A stretch of 64,000 bases of DNA from positions 67,497-131,496 of the forward strand of contig QCMX01000001.1 in NCBI GenBank assembly GCA_003213455.1, in the 5' to 3' direction. Shown piece by piece: positions 46,738 to 55,111 of the stretch. The notes beneath the pieces are model-generated. The model saw only the letters and a program-made list of their open reading frames with translations. It did no database searches and was not told the DNA's origin. Each line of letters begins with the position of its first letter. The first letter of the stretch is position 1. The position numbers were made by a program, and so were the translations under genes. Origin of the DNA: SAR86 cluster bacterium AG-422-P06 (lineage in GTDB: Bacteria > Pseudomonadota > Gammaproteobacteria > Magnimaribacterales > TMED112).

Positions 46738-47523
46738 ATGAAAAGAATTATTTATCTTTCAGGTGGTTTTGGGAATCAGTTATTTCAAATTATGGCAGCT
46801 GCTCACTTATCAAGTTTAAATTTTAATGTGTTTATTGATACTTCTCTAGTTGAGAGAAATTTTATAACAGAAAAATTACTTGGTTGGAAAATACATGGTA
46901 ATTTCGTTGAACAAAATTTTGCACAAAATTTTAGATTTGGAAAGCGTTCTCAAATAAATGTTCTATATGATTTGGCAATACTATCTCTATCAAATGCACT
47001 GAATGGCAGAGTTTTTTCTCATGAATTTGTTCGTACTGAACGTGATTTCATTCATCCAGATGCAAAAATTATTATGGGTTATTTTCAAAATTTAAGGATG
47101 TATTCTAGCGATCAGTTTGAAAGGTATTTAAAACTTTTTGAAACAATAATATCTTCAAAAAGCTTACAGAATAGAACAGTTATACACTTTAGGTGGGGCG
47201 ACAGTGATTGGGCAAAAAAGCACTCTTCATATTATTCAAAAGTTTTTGAAATCGCTAAAAACATAAATAAGCCTGTTAAAATTGTTACAGATGATGAGCT
47301 TAATTGTAAAAGGTTCCTTCAAAACTATGACCTGAAATACACAATTGAGAGTAGCAACGTTTTTAGTGACTTTGAGTTTTTAGCTAATTCAAAAGTGATT
47401 TTCACTGCTCCAAGTACTTTCTCTTGGTGGGCAGCCATTTTAAGAAATAATAAAAAAGAAATATATATGCCGAAATTTTTTGAAGAAAGGTTTGTGAATA
47501 CTGCTAATATAAATTATTTATGA
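46738..47523 (+). CDS. glycosyltransferase family 11 (alpha-1,2-fucosyl/colitosyl-transferase-like)
   Basis: 261 aa. GT11 motifs GGFGNQLFQIMAA (cf. GGLGNQMFQYA), VIHFRWGD (cf. HVRRGDY), PSTFSWWAAIL. Confidence 0.8.
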   Translation: MKRIIYLSGGFGNQLFQIMAAAHLSSLNFNVFIDTSLVERNFITEKLLGWKIHGNFVEQNFAQNFRFGKRSQINVLYDLAILSLSNALNGRVFSHEFVRTERDFIHPDAKIIMGYFQNLRMYSSDQFERYLKLFETIISSKSLQNRTVIHFRWGDSDWAKKHSSYYSKVFEIAKNINKPVKIVTDDELNCKRFLQNYDLKYTIESSNVFSDFEFLANSKVIFTAPSTFSWWAAILRNNKKEIYMPKFFEERFVNTANINYL

Positions 47524-48632
47524 ATATTGCTTTAAAAAAGACACATTATTTTTTTAATTTTGAACAATTACGTAACAATCTTTTTGCCATAGAAATAGCA
47601 CTTTTCCCGTGGATAAACTATTCTGATTCTCTTAGATTGCTTTTTATTCTCATCTTAGGAATAAATGTATCTTATTCATTTTACAATTTTATTGTTACTG
47701 GTAAATCTAGATCACTTACAGCTATAGACATATTTCTAGGATGTCTAATTCTTTTAAGCTTATTTAATCCAGGGTCTTATTGGCAGGAATCATTCTCTAC
47801 GGAAAATGTTATTTTCAGGTTGTCAGTGTATTACCTTAGATATTTAACTTTTCCAGATGATTTTTTAAGAAAAAATATTAATCTTTTATTTCGGTATTTC
47901 TTGATTTCGGCGTTTCTTGTAATATTTGTCTGGATTTTTCAGGAGTCGAATCTTAGACTTATTTTGCCATATGGAGATCCAAATTACCTGGGTTTTATTT
48001 TTGGCAGTTATGCAATCCTAGCAATGTGTTACGCATCGAGTAGAAGGGCAAATACAGTTTCTATTATGCTTATAATACTTTGCTTTTACATTGTTTTGCT
48101 TACAGCTTCTAGGGGATCAATTTTAGCACTTGTTCTCGCCTCCTTACTTATTTTTATAAAAGACATTTTTCGATTCTTAGGAGTCATAGTTCTTCTGCTT
48201 TTTGCATCACAATTAGAATTCGTTAGAGGTTTATATTCAGACTTATTTATTATTGAGCGAATCCTTGATCCAAGGGACTCAGATATTGGGGCAGCAAATG
48301 TAAGGCTTGTAGAAATCGAAATTGCTCTTAAAATGCTAGGCAATGATTTCATCAATGCCTTATTTGGCCATGGTGCAAGTACCACTTCATCAGAAATTTT
48401 CAGTGACTCTAGTACTAGAATCCATAATAGTTACGTTGCAATAATATTTGAGCAAGGAATTATTGGGGGAATATTTGCATTAATTATTGCCATATTAATG
48501 TTACTTAAATCTGAAAAAAATGGTCTTTTGCCGTTAACTATTTTTATGCTATTAAACTCTATGACGGTGTTCATTTTTACCTTTTATCATTTTTATATTT
48601 TTGTTAAATTAATCCAGAGCAAGAAACCATGA
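47520..48632 (+). CDS. wzy: O-antigen/capsule repeat-unit polymerase (Wzy, O-antigen-ligase-like domain)
   Basis: 370 aa, multi-TM, with a periplasmic loop followed by RIHNSYVAIIFEQGIIGG (Wzy_C-type motif). Confidence 0.65.
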   Translation: MNIALKKTHYFFNFEQLRNNLFAIEIALFPWINYSDSLRLLFILILGINVSYSFYNFIVTGKSRSLTAIDIFLGCLILLSLFNPGSYWQESFSTENVIFRLSVYYLRYLTFPDDFLRKNINLLFRYFLISAFLVIFVWIFQESNLRLILPYGDPNYLGFIFGSYAILAMCYASSRRANTVSIMLIILCFYIVLLTASRGSILALVLASLLIFIKDIFRFLGVIVLLLFASQLEFVRGLYSDLFIIERILDPRDSDIGAANVRLVEIEIALKMLGNDFINALFGHGASTTSSEIFSDSSTRIHNSYVAIIFEQGIIGGIFALIIAILMLLKSEKNGLLPLTIFMLLNSMTVFIFTFYHFYIFVKLIQSKKP

Positions 48633-49588
48633 TTCATGCTGTAGGAGCTAATAAAGCAAATCCAAATGGTGGTGTTTACAGTTATATTGCTAATCTGTCA
48701 TATTCATTAAATGATCTTCAGTTTTATAGTTACAATGAGTTTTTTAAATTTTTTAACAATATTCAAGATGGCGATACAGTTTTTTTAAACGTTCCCAAAC
48801 CAAGTTTGCCATTCTTAATCTTATCAAAAATTAAATTCAATAAGAAAATATCTATTGTATATTGTGGGCACGGGCTTGCTTATAGGAATCATAAAGGGAT
48901 AAAAAAAGTAGTTGTTAAGTTTTGCGAATATCTCATTTCCAAACTTTCAGACAAAATTATTGTTTTAAATAAAAAACATATGAAAAAATATTTGTCTTGG
49001 AATGAATCTTCTAATTTAATTCCAACATGTTTAAGACCTATAGAGTTCACTAATAATACAAATAAACAAATTGGGTCAGCTATTTCTTGGGTTGCAGTTG
49101 GATCTGTAGATAATAATAAAAACCCAAAACTATTCTTAGAAATCAGTCGTGTAATAAAGGGTCTTTTTCCTAGAGACACATTCACTTGGATTGGGGATGG
49201 GCCGCTTTTTAAGAATTTTGATGTTGAGTCCCTCAAAACAGAAGGAATATTTTTTATTGGTTCCATGGATAATAAGCTTGTTAGAAAAAAACTTAGAGAA
49301 CATGATATATATATTTGTACTTCAATTTCAGAAGTTTTGCCTATAACGATATTAGAAGCAGTAGAATCAAAATGTATCATTCTTGTGAGAAATTACCTTA
49401 ATAGTGATGACATTACATCGAGGTTTTCATCAGCAGTAAGTTTTAAAAATAGCAATCAAGTACTTGAATTAAGAAAAAACATTGATAAATTGCAAGGACT
49501 AAGAAAAGCAGCAATCAATGAAGCAAGTAATATTAGCGAATCTTATGTAACCTATATAAAACAAATGAAAAAAGTATTGGATGTATAA
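48629..49588 (+). CDS. glycosyltransferase, GT-B fold (GT4-like)
   Basis: 319 aa. C-terminal EVLPITILEAVESKCIILVRN matches the E-x7-E region of GT4 enzymes. Confidence 0.7.
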   Translation: MIHAVGANKANPNGGVYSYIANLSYSLNDLQFYSYNEFFKFFNNIQDGDTVFLNVPKPSLPFLILSKIKFNKKISIVYCGHGLAYRNHKGIKKVVVKFCEYLISKLSDKIIVLNKKHMKKYLSWNESSNLIPTCLRPIEFTNNTNKQIGSAISWVAVGSVDNNKNPKLFLEISRVIKGLFPRDTFTWIGDGPLFKNFDVESLKTEGIFFIGSMDNKLVRKKLREHDIYICTSISEVLPITILEAVESKCIILVRNYLNSDDITSRFSSAVSFKNSNQVLELRKNIDKLQGLRKAAINEASNISESYVTYIKQMKKVLDV

Positions 49589-50744
49589 CCTATTATTAAA
49601 AATAGACGCATTATTTCAAAAGTTTAAGATCTATAGTTTGTTAGGAATATTTTTATCATTGATTCCGAAAAGTAGAAAAATAATTTTTACAAGTTATCCA
49701 AATTACAGCGATTCTGTGCTTGCTTTTTACCAGTTTATGGTCGCACAAAAAGCAAATAATCGCATGATTTGGATTGATGTTCGTGGAGAAAGTAAGACTA
49801 TACCATCAAACATTGAATCTTATAATTTTCTATCTTTAAAAGGCCTTTACCATTTTCTTACAGCTAAAGTAATCTTTACTAACAATAATGAATTTTTTCG
49901 AATTAAGGCTTCAAATCAAGTTTTAATTGATTTTTGGCATGGGATACCTTTAAAAAATATTCTTAATTACGATAATGCCCTTGATATCAAATTGTTAAAA
50001 CATGCTTATAGAACTGATTATAGAATATCGTCTTCAAAGCTATGTACAATGCTGCTTTCCTCAGCTTTTGGAAATTCAATGTCAGAATATATTGAAACTG
50101 GTTATCCCAGAACAGATTTAGTTCTGTCAGATAATAATGAAGACTTTTTAAAAAAATTGAACATTGATAAAGGAAAAAAAATCTTATTATATATGCCGAC
50201 CTATAGAGCAGGTTATAGAAATAAATCAGATGGTGATTATTCTTACGAAAGGCTTTATGAGTCTGATAATTTCAAGAAATACTGTAAATCAAAAAATATT
50301 CATTTAATTGTTAAATTACATCCTTTTGAGAGACATGAATCAGGAAAGTATGATTACTATTCAATATATAGCGATGATGATCTTATTAAGGTCGGCTTGT
50401 GTTCTAGTAATTTGCTAAGTATTGCAGATAATTTAATTACTGATTATAGCTCTGTGGCCATTGATTTTTTAGCAACAAGAAAACCACTCTTTTTCTATGT
50501 TCCTGATTTAAGTGCTTATCACAGTAATAGGGGTTTTATTTTTGATGTTAATTCTATTTTTGACGAAGCAACTTTTACCTCTGTAGATGACCTTATAATT
50601 GCTCTTCAAAATCAATTTTCTCTGGAATATACCAATAAAATGGAAATTTATTCTGATTTATTTTTTAATTTCAAAGATACTGATAATTCTCATAGACTTT
50701 TTATCTGGCTAACAAAAAAGTACCCAAAAATCTTTTTGAGCTGA
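49581..50744 (+). CDS. CDP-glycerol glycerophosphotransferase (TagB/TagF family)
   Basis: 387 aa. Motifs FWHGIPLKNI, LLYMPTYR, ITDYSSVAIDFLATRKPLFFYVPD are typical of the Glyphos_transf family. Confidence 0.8.
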   Translation: MYNLLLKIDALFQKFKIYSLLGIFLSLIPKSRKIIFTSYPNYSDSVLAFYQFMVAQKANNRMIWIDVRGESKTIPSNIESYNFLSLKGLYHFLTAKVIFTNNNEFFRIKASNQVLIDFWHGIPLKNILNYDNALDIKLLKHAYRTDYRISSSKLCTMLLSSAFGNSMSEYIETGYPRTDLVLSDNNEDFLKKLNIDKGKKILLYMPTYRAGYRNKSDGDYSYERLYESDNFKKYCKSKNIHLIVKLHPFERHESGKYDYYSIYSDDDLIKVGLCSSNLLSIADNLITDYSSVAIDFLATRKPLFFYVPDLSAYHSNRGFIFDVNSIFDEATFTSVDDLIIALQNQFSLEYTNKMEIYSDLFFNFKDTDNSHRLFIWLTKKYPKIFLS

Positions 50745-50826
50745 TAGACTCTAATTTAAATTTTATTTTTCATAAAAAGTTAATTATTAGATCTGGTACT
50801 TATGCATACAAGTTGGAAAAATTTAA

Positions 50827-51642
50827 ATGTCTGAAAACAGTCTAAAGTTTTGCGCTTTAGGTGCTTTATATAATGGTGAGAAAGCAGAATATTTTGAATG
50901 CTGTCTAAAATCATTGGATGAGCAAACTATAAAGATTCCAATTTTTATAGTTATTGATGGTTTTATACGTGAAGAATTAGAGACTGTTATCAAAAAATAT
51001 GAGCATCTCAATATTGTACTAGTGCGTAAAAATGTAAATGAAGGACTGGCAAAAGCTCTACAACACGGTTTAAAAATGCTTCATAAAGATTTTGATTATG
51101 TTATTAGATTTGATTCTGACGACATCAATAGAGAAGATAGATTTATAAAAATAATAAAATTTTGCACGGAGTTTAAACCAGATGTAGTTAGTAGTCATAT
51201 GTTTGAAATTGATGATATTGGTAAAGTTTTTTCTAAGAGAAATGTACCAATATCACCCAGAAAAATAAAAAATGAGATAGCTTACCGTAACCCTATTAAT
51301 CATCCAGCATCAGCTTTTAAAATAAATTCTGTACTAAATGTTGGGGGCTATCAAGCTATGCCATTTTTAGAAGACTGGTATCTTTGGCTAAGGGTGCTTA
51401 AATCAGGAGGAAAAATTTTAAATATTAATGATCACCTCGTTTCTTTTAGAGCCACTGAAGAAATGCTTTCTAGAAGGTATGGATTAAATTATATGAAACA
51501 TGAAGCACACTTCTTTTTAATAAGAGGTAAAGAAAAATTAGTTAGCCCGTTAAGAAATTGGCTAGGTTTTTTAGTCAGGTTTCTGAGTAAAAGCTTCGGA
51601 TTTAAATTTTACAAAAAATTATTTTTTTGGACACGAAATTAA
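50827..51642 (+). CDS. glycosyltransferase family 2
   Basis: 271 aa. GT-A pattern LYNGEKAEYFECCLKSLDEQT and DxD-type RFDSDDI. Confidence 0.75.
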   Translation: MSENSLKFCALGALYNGEKAEYFECCLKSLDEQTIKIPIFIVIDGFIREELETVIKKYEHLNIVLVRKNVNEGLAKALQHGLKMLHKDFDYVIRFDSDDINREDRFIKIIKFCTEFKPDVVSSHMFEIDDIGKVFSKRNVPISPRKIKNEIAYRNPINHPASAFKINSVLNVGGYQAMPFLEDWYLWLRVLKSGGKILNINDHLVSFRATEEMLSRRYGLNYMKHEAHFFLIRGKEKLVSPLRNWLGFLVRFLSKSFGFKFYKKLFFWTRN

Positions 51643-51668
51643 CTATATATTCAGAATTTACTTATCTA

Positions 51669-52112
51669 CTACACCTCTTCTAAATTAATATTTTCTGCGA
51701 CATATTTGATATTGTTCATTACTTTAATATATTCATCTGATTGAAATTTATAAGGATCTAATATATCTATTTCTCTAAATTGCCCTGTTAAAGATCGAAA
51801 CTTATCCCTATATTTTGGAAAAGCAATATTCAATTGATTTAAAACAAAAAAGTCTACCGCTAAAATCTTGTCAAAATAATCTAACATTTTTTTATTGATT
51901 TTTTTTGGAGTATGGAAATTATGATCAATATTATTTTCTTGTAAAAATTTAAGCGATCTTGGGTCCATATTTGGTAATTCTATCGGAGATATTCCTGCAG
52001 AAAAAAATTCATATTTATTAACATGTCTTGCCTTTAGTAAGTTTTCTACAACTGGGCTCCTGCAATAATTAGCTATACAAACTATGCAGTATGATCTTCT
52101 CGAAGTTGTCAC
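51669..52112 (-). CDS. wzb: low-molecular-weight protein-tyrosine phosphatase
   Basis: 147 aa. Active-site CX5R(S) loop VCIANYCRSP. Downstream Asp (DILDPY). Adjacent to wza/wzc. Confidence 0.88.
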   Translation of the reverse strand: MTTSRRSYCIVCIANYCRSPVVENLLKARHVNKYEFFSAGISPIELPNMDPRSLKFLQENNIDHNFHTPKKINKKMLDYFDKILAVDFFVLNQLNIAFPKYRDKFRSLTGQFREIDILDPYKFQSDEYIKVMNNIKYVAENINLEEV

Positions 52113-52121
52113 AATAACTGG

Positions 52122-52925
52122 TTAATCTGATGTAAGGTTATCTACACTATTAAGAAAGGATGAGAATGGAAAAAACTGTGAGATGACTTTATTCCATCGA
52201 GCTGTTCCACTTGCATTAACATACACAATATCGTTATTTTCAAGGTAAAAATTACCCGCTTCGATAAAATTAGATGGATTTTCTAAGTTAGCATGAAAAA
52301 TTAATGGATCATCCCCAAGTGTATTTTGTCTTATTATAAAGACTTCCGATGCCTCAGATGTGCTGGTGTTTAGGCCAAAAGATTCTCCTATTGCTTTTGA
52401 AAGGCTTATTGGAATATCAGTTATATTAATTTTTATCGGTTTTGTGACCTCTCCTAATACAAAAACTTGTTGAGAATTAAACCTTGCTATTGTTACGTCT
52501 ACTTGAGGATCAGTAAAGTATTCTGATAGGCTATTGCTCAAGCTTACTCTTAATTCATCTTGAGTCTTTCCCTTAGCTTGAATTAATCCAACATATGGAA
52601 AAAATATATTTCCATTTGCGTCAACTCTTCTTAAATTTACATCAGCACTAACATTAGTTATGGGAAATATATCTTGAAGGCCCCAGATAGTAACAGCTAT
52701 CTGATCCCCAACACCTATCTTATAGAAATAATTATTCTTGTAAGATGCATCAAAAGTCTCAGATATTTTGATAAGTCTTACATCTTTTTCAATTGAATCA
52801 ATATAGACATATTTGGAATCATCGGACCATGAATTTTTTGTTTCCATATGCATTCCGGGAGATAAACTGCATCCATTAAGAAATAACAAAATTATTATTA
52901 AGCTAATCTTTTCTTTCATATTCAT
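52122..52925 (-). CDS. wza: polysaccharide export outer-membrane lipoprotein (Wza/Poly_export family)
   Basis: Lipoprotein signal M(NM)KEKISLIIILLFLNGC (lipobox LNGC). Start at 52925 or 52919. The longer ORF-track start at 53072 lies deep inside wzc. Poly_export-type region YKIGVGDQIAVTIWG...GNIFFPYVGLIQAKGKTQDEL and an SLBB-like repeat. Confidence 0.85.
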   Translation of the reverse strand: MNMKEKISLIIILLFLNGCSLSPGMHMETKNSWSDDSKYVYIDSIEKDVRLIKISETFDASYKNNYFYKIGVGDQIAVTIWGLQDIFPITNVSADVNLRRVDANGNIFFPYVGLIQAKGKTQDELRVSLSNSLSEYFTDPQVDVTIARFNSQQVFVLGEVTKPIKINITDIPISLSKAIGESFGLNTSTSEASEVFIIRQNTLGDDPLIFHANLENPSNFIEAGNFYLENNDIVYVNASGTARWNKVISQFFPFSSFLNSVDNLTSD

Positions 52926-55035
52926 AAGCCTCTTCAAGATATTTGTCTGCATAGTATTGATAAGAATAACTGCCATACAGACTATAGTAGCCGTAATAAC
53001 CACTAGGTTTTGCAAACGCATTGTATACCAGACCGTCAATATTTTTACTAATCTGTTTATAATTATCAACACACTGTTTTATTTCATTAATTCTATTAAT
53101 TCCATGTCTAGCAACAAGAATATTTAAGTCACTTTTCTCTATTAATAAAGAGGAATCAGCTACAGCTAGAACTGGACCAGTATCAAAAATTACATAGTCA
53201 AAATTCTCTCTAAAAAATTTAATTTTATCTAAGTACTGATGACTATACAAAAACTGGAAAGTATTATTTAAGCCCTTAACTCTTGGTATAAGAAATAAAT
53301 TATCTTGAATTCTATATTGATCTATTGTGGTTTCATTTATTGTAGAAAATGTTTTTTCAGAAATACTTTTTCTATTAAAATGTGAGGCTAAATCACCTCT
53401 CTTTAGATCGTTATCAACAAGCAAAACTTTTTTACCAATCTTTGAAAAACCTTCAGAGAGTTTTCTAGAAATTGTTGATTTACCATTACCAGCTGAGGGG
53501 CTAGTAATTGTAATAATTTTTTTATCAGCCTGATTACTTTGTATTGAATTAATATTTACTATGAGTGATTCAATTGCTGTGTTCAACCTTGTCAAATCTT
53601 CAGTTTCGTCAAAATCAGTAATGTTAGGAAGCACACCGATTATTGGCAACGAGATATTGTTGTCAAAAATTTCAGCAGGGTTTGAGATTGGTAGAAAATA
53701 TAACCCTCTAATTATTGCAATTAAACAAGCTGCAAGGAAAGATAATATAGTTGAAAGAATGACGCCAAGTAAGTTGGGGCTGACTAAATCAGCAACGTAA
53801 GCTTCATCAACAACTCTTACATCACCAATTGTGCTTGCTTCAAGAATTGAAAAACCCAGTCTTCTTGACTCAAGTTCCTCAAATAGAGCTTGAGATACCT
53901 CCAAATCATTATAAAGGTCAATATACTCTTGCTGTTCCTTAGGCATCATTTCTATCTCAGTTAAAACTTCTTCCTTTTGCTTTTCAATTAATAATTTATT
54001 GTTTAAAAGATTTAAATATGCAGGGTTGTTCGTTGTATATATTTCTTCAGCCCTACCAAGCTCAATTTCAATTGAGCTTAAAGCTTCATCTAAGCTTTGT
54101 ATTTTTTTGATTATTGCCTCTATTTCTAAACCAACATCAATTGATTTATTTTCTTCACGGAATTGCTTTAATTTAGTTTTATTTACTTCTACTGAATTTG
54201 CTATAGATTCGATATTCTGCTCTATAAATCCAATTGCTTTTCTGGATTTCTCACTTTCTTCGTAAATTCTTTGGTTAAGGAAAACACTATTGGCATAATC
54301 TATTATATTTTTCCCAAGATTTATATCATCTGTAATATAAGAAACAATAATTAAACCCTCGTTTTTGAAAAATGAATTTCTTGATGAAGTGCTTGAAACC
54401 ACATTCATTCCTGCTTTAAGAAAATTGAACATGCTTTCGGGCTTTCTGTAAATAATGGTTATTGGTCTATATTCTCTCAAATTTGATGATTTAACAGATA
54501 TTTTTAGGCCATCAAAAAGAATTTCTTGTCCATATTTTGCTGTCTGCATCTCAATAAGGTCGTCATCTAATAAGCTAAATCCACTGTCGGAAAAAGCAAA
54601 ATTGAGCTCATAAGCTTGCAAAAGCTCATCCCCATTATCTGTTATGTCAATATCAATTCTTTCATCTTCACTAATATCACGAATATCAATATTAAGTTTT
54701 AGGTGCTCTATTACCTTAAGATAATTAGTTCGCGACTCATACAATTGAATCATGTTAGTTATATCCGATGAAGAGGAGTTAGCTGAAGCAAACTGAAGAG
54801 ATTGAGTTGGATCAAAAACACCTTGATTGAATGCCTCATACTGAATAAGGCTTCTTATCTCATATTTTTTTGTTGAAAAATAAAATAGTAGCAGTGAAAG
54901 AATAAAAACACCCACAACAACTGAAATAATGAATTTTGATTGCATCAAAATGAATCTGAAAATCTTACCAAAATCAATTTCATTAGATTCTTCAATTGAA
55001 GAGTAAAAATTATCTGGTGTTAAATCGTTTTTCAT
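52903..55035 (-). CDS. wzc: tyrosine autokinase / polysaccharide co-polymerase (PCP-2a, Wzc)
   Basis: 710 aa. N-terminal Wzz-type TM plus periplasmic coiled-coil and a second TM. Walker A ITSPSAGNGKST, A' LLVDNDLKRGD, B DYVIFDTGPVLAVAD. C-terminal Tyr cluster GYYGYYSLYGSYSYQYYADKY. Confidence 0.93.
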   Translation of the reverse strand: MKNDLTPDNFYSSIEESNEIDFGKIFRFILMQSKFIISVVVGVFILSLLLFYFSTKKYEIRSLIQYEAFNQGVFDPTQSLQFASANSSSSDITNMIQLYESRTNYLKVIEHLKLNIDIRDISEDERIDIDITDNGDELLQAYELNFAFSDSGFSLLDDDLIEMQTAKYGQEILFDGLKISVKSSNLREYRPITIIYRKPESMFNFLKAGMNVVSSTSSRNSFFKNEGLIIVSYITDDINLGKNIIDYANSVFLNQRIYEESEKSRKAIGFIEQNIESIANSVEVNKTKLKQFREENKSIDVGLEIEAIIKKIQSLDEALSSIEIELGRAEEIYTTNNPAYLNLLNNKLLIEKQKEEVLTEIEMMPKEQQEYIDLYNDLEVSQALFEELESRRLGFSILEASTIGDVRVVDEAYVADLVSPNLLGVILSTILSFLAACLIAIIRGLYFLPISNPAEIFDNNISLPIIGVLPNITDFDETEDLTRLNTAIESLIVNINSIQSNQADKKIITITSPSAGNGKSTISRKLSEGFSKIGKKVLLVDNDLKRGDLASHFNRKSISEKTFSTINETTIDQYRIQDNLFLIPRVKGLNNTFQFLYSHQYLDKIKFFRENFDYVIFDTGPVLAVADSSLLIEKSDLNILVARHGINRINEIKQCVDNYKQISKNIDGLVYNAFAKPSGYYGYYSLYGSYSYQYYADKYLEEAYEYERKD

Positions 55036-55111
55036 CTATTAAAATACTTGTTCACGGTGCTGCAATTATTATAAACATTGTGCAAGAATATATAAGCTTA
55101 AAATAAAGTTA
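55036..55111. promoter_or_regulatory. divergent intergenic region between wzc and aceE (must contain both promoters)
   Basis: 76-nt AT-rich gap between divergently transcribed operons. I could not recognise a specific operator. Confidence 0.3.

Noticed and set aside
52926-53072. Long N-terminal extension of the Wza ORF (MLIIINRLVKILTVWYTMRL…)
   Set aside because: It overlaps the Wzc C-terminus for about 150 nt. A canonical lipoprotein signal peptide with lipobox (LFLNGC) starts at the internal Met at 52925 or 52919.
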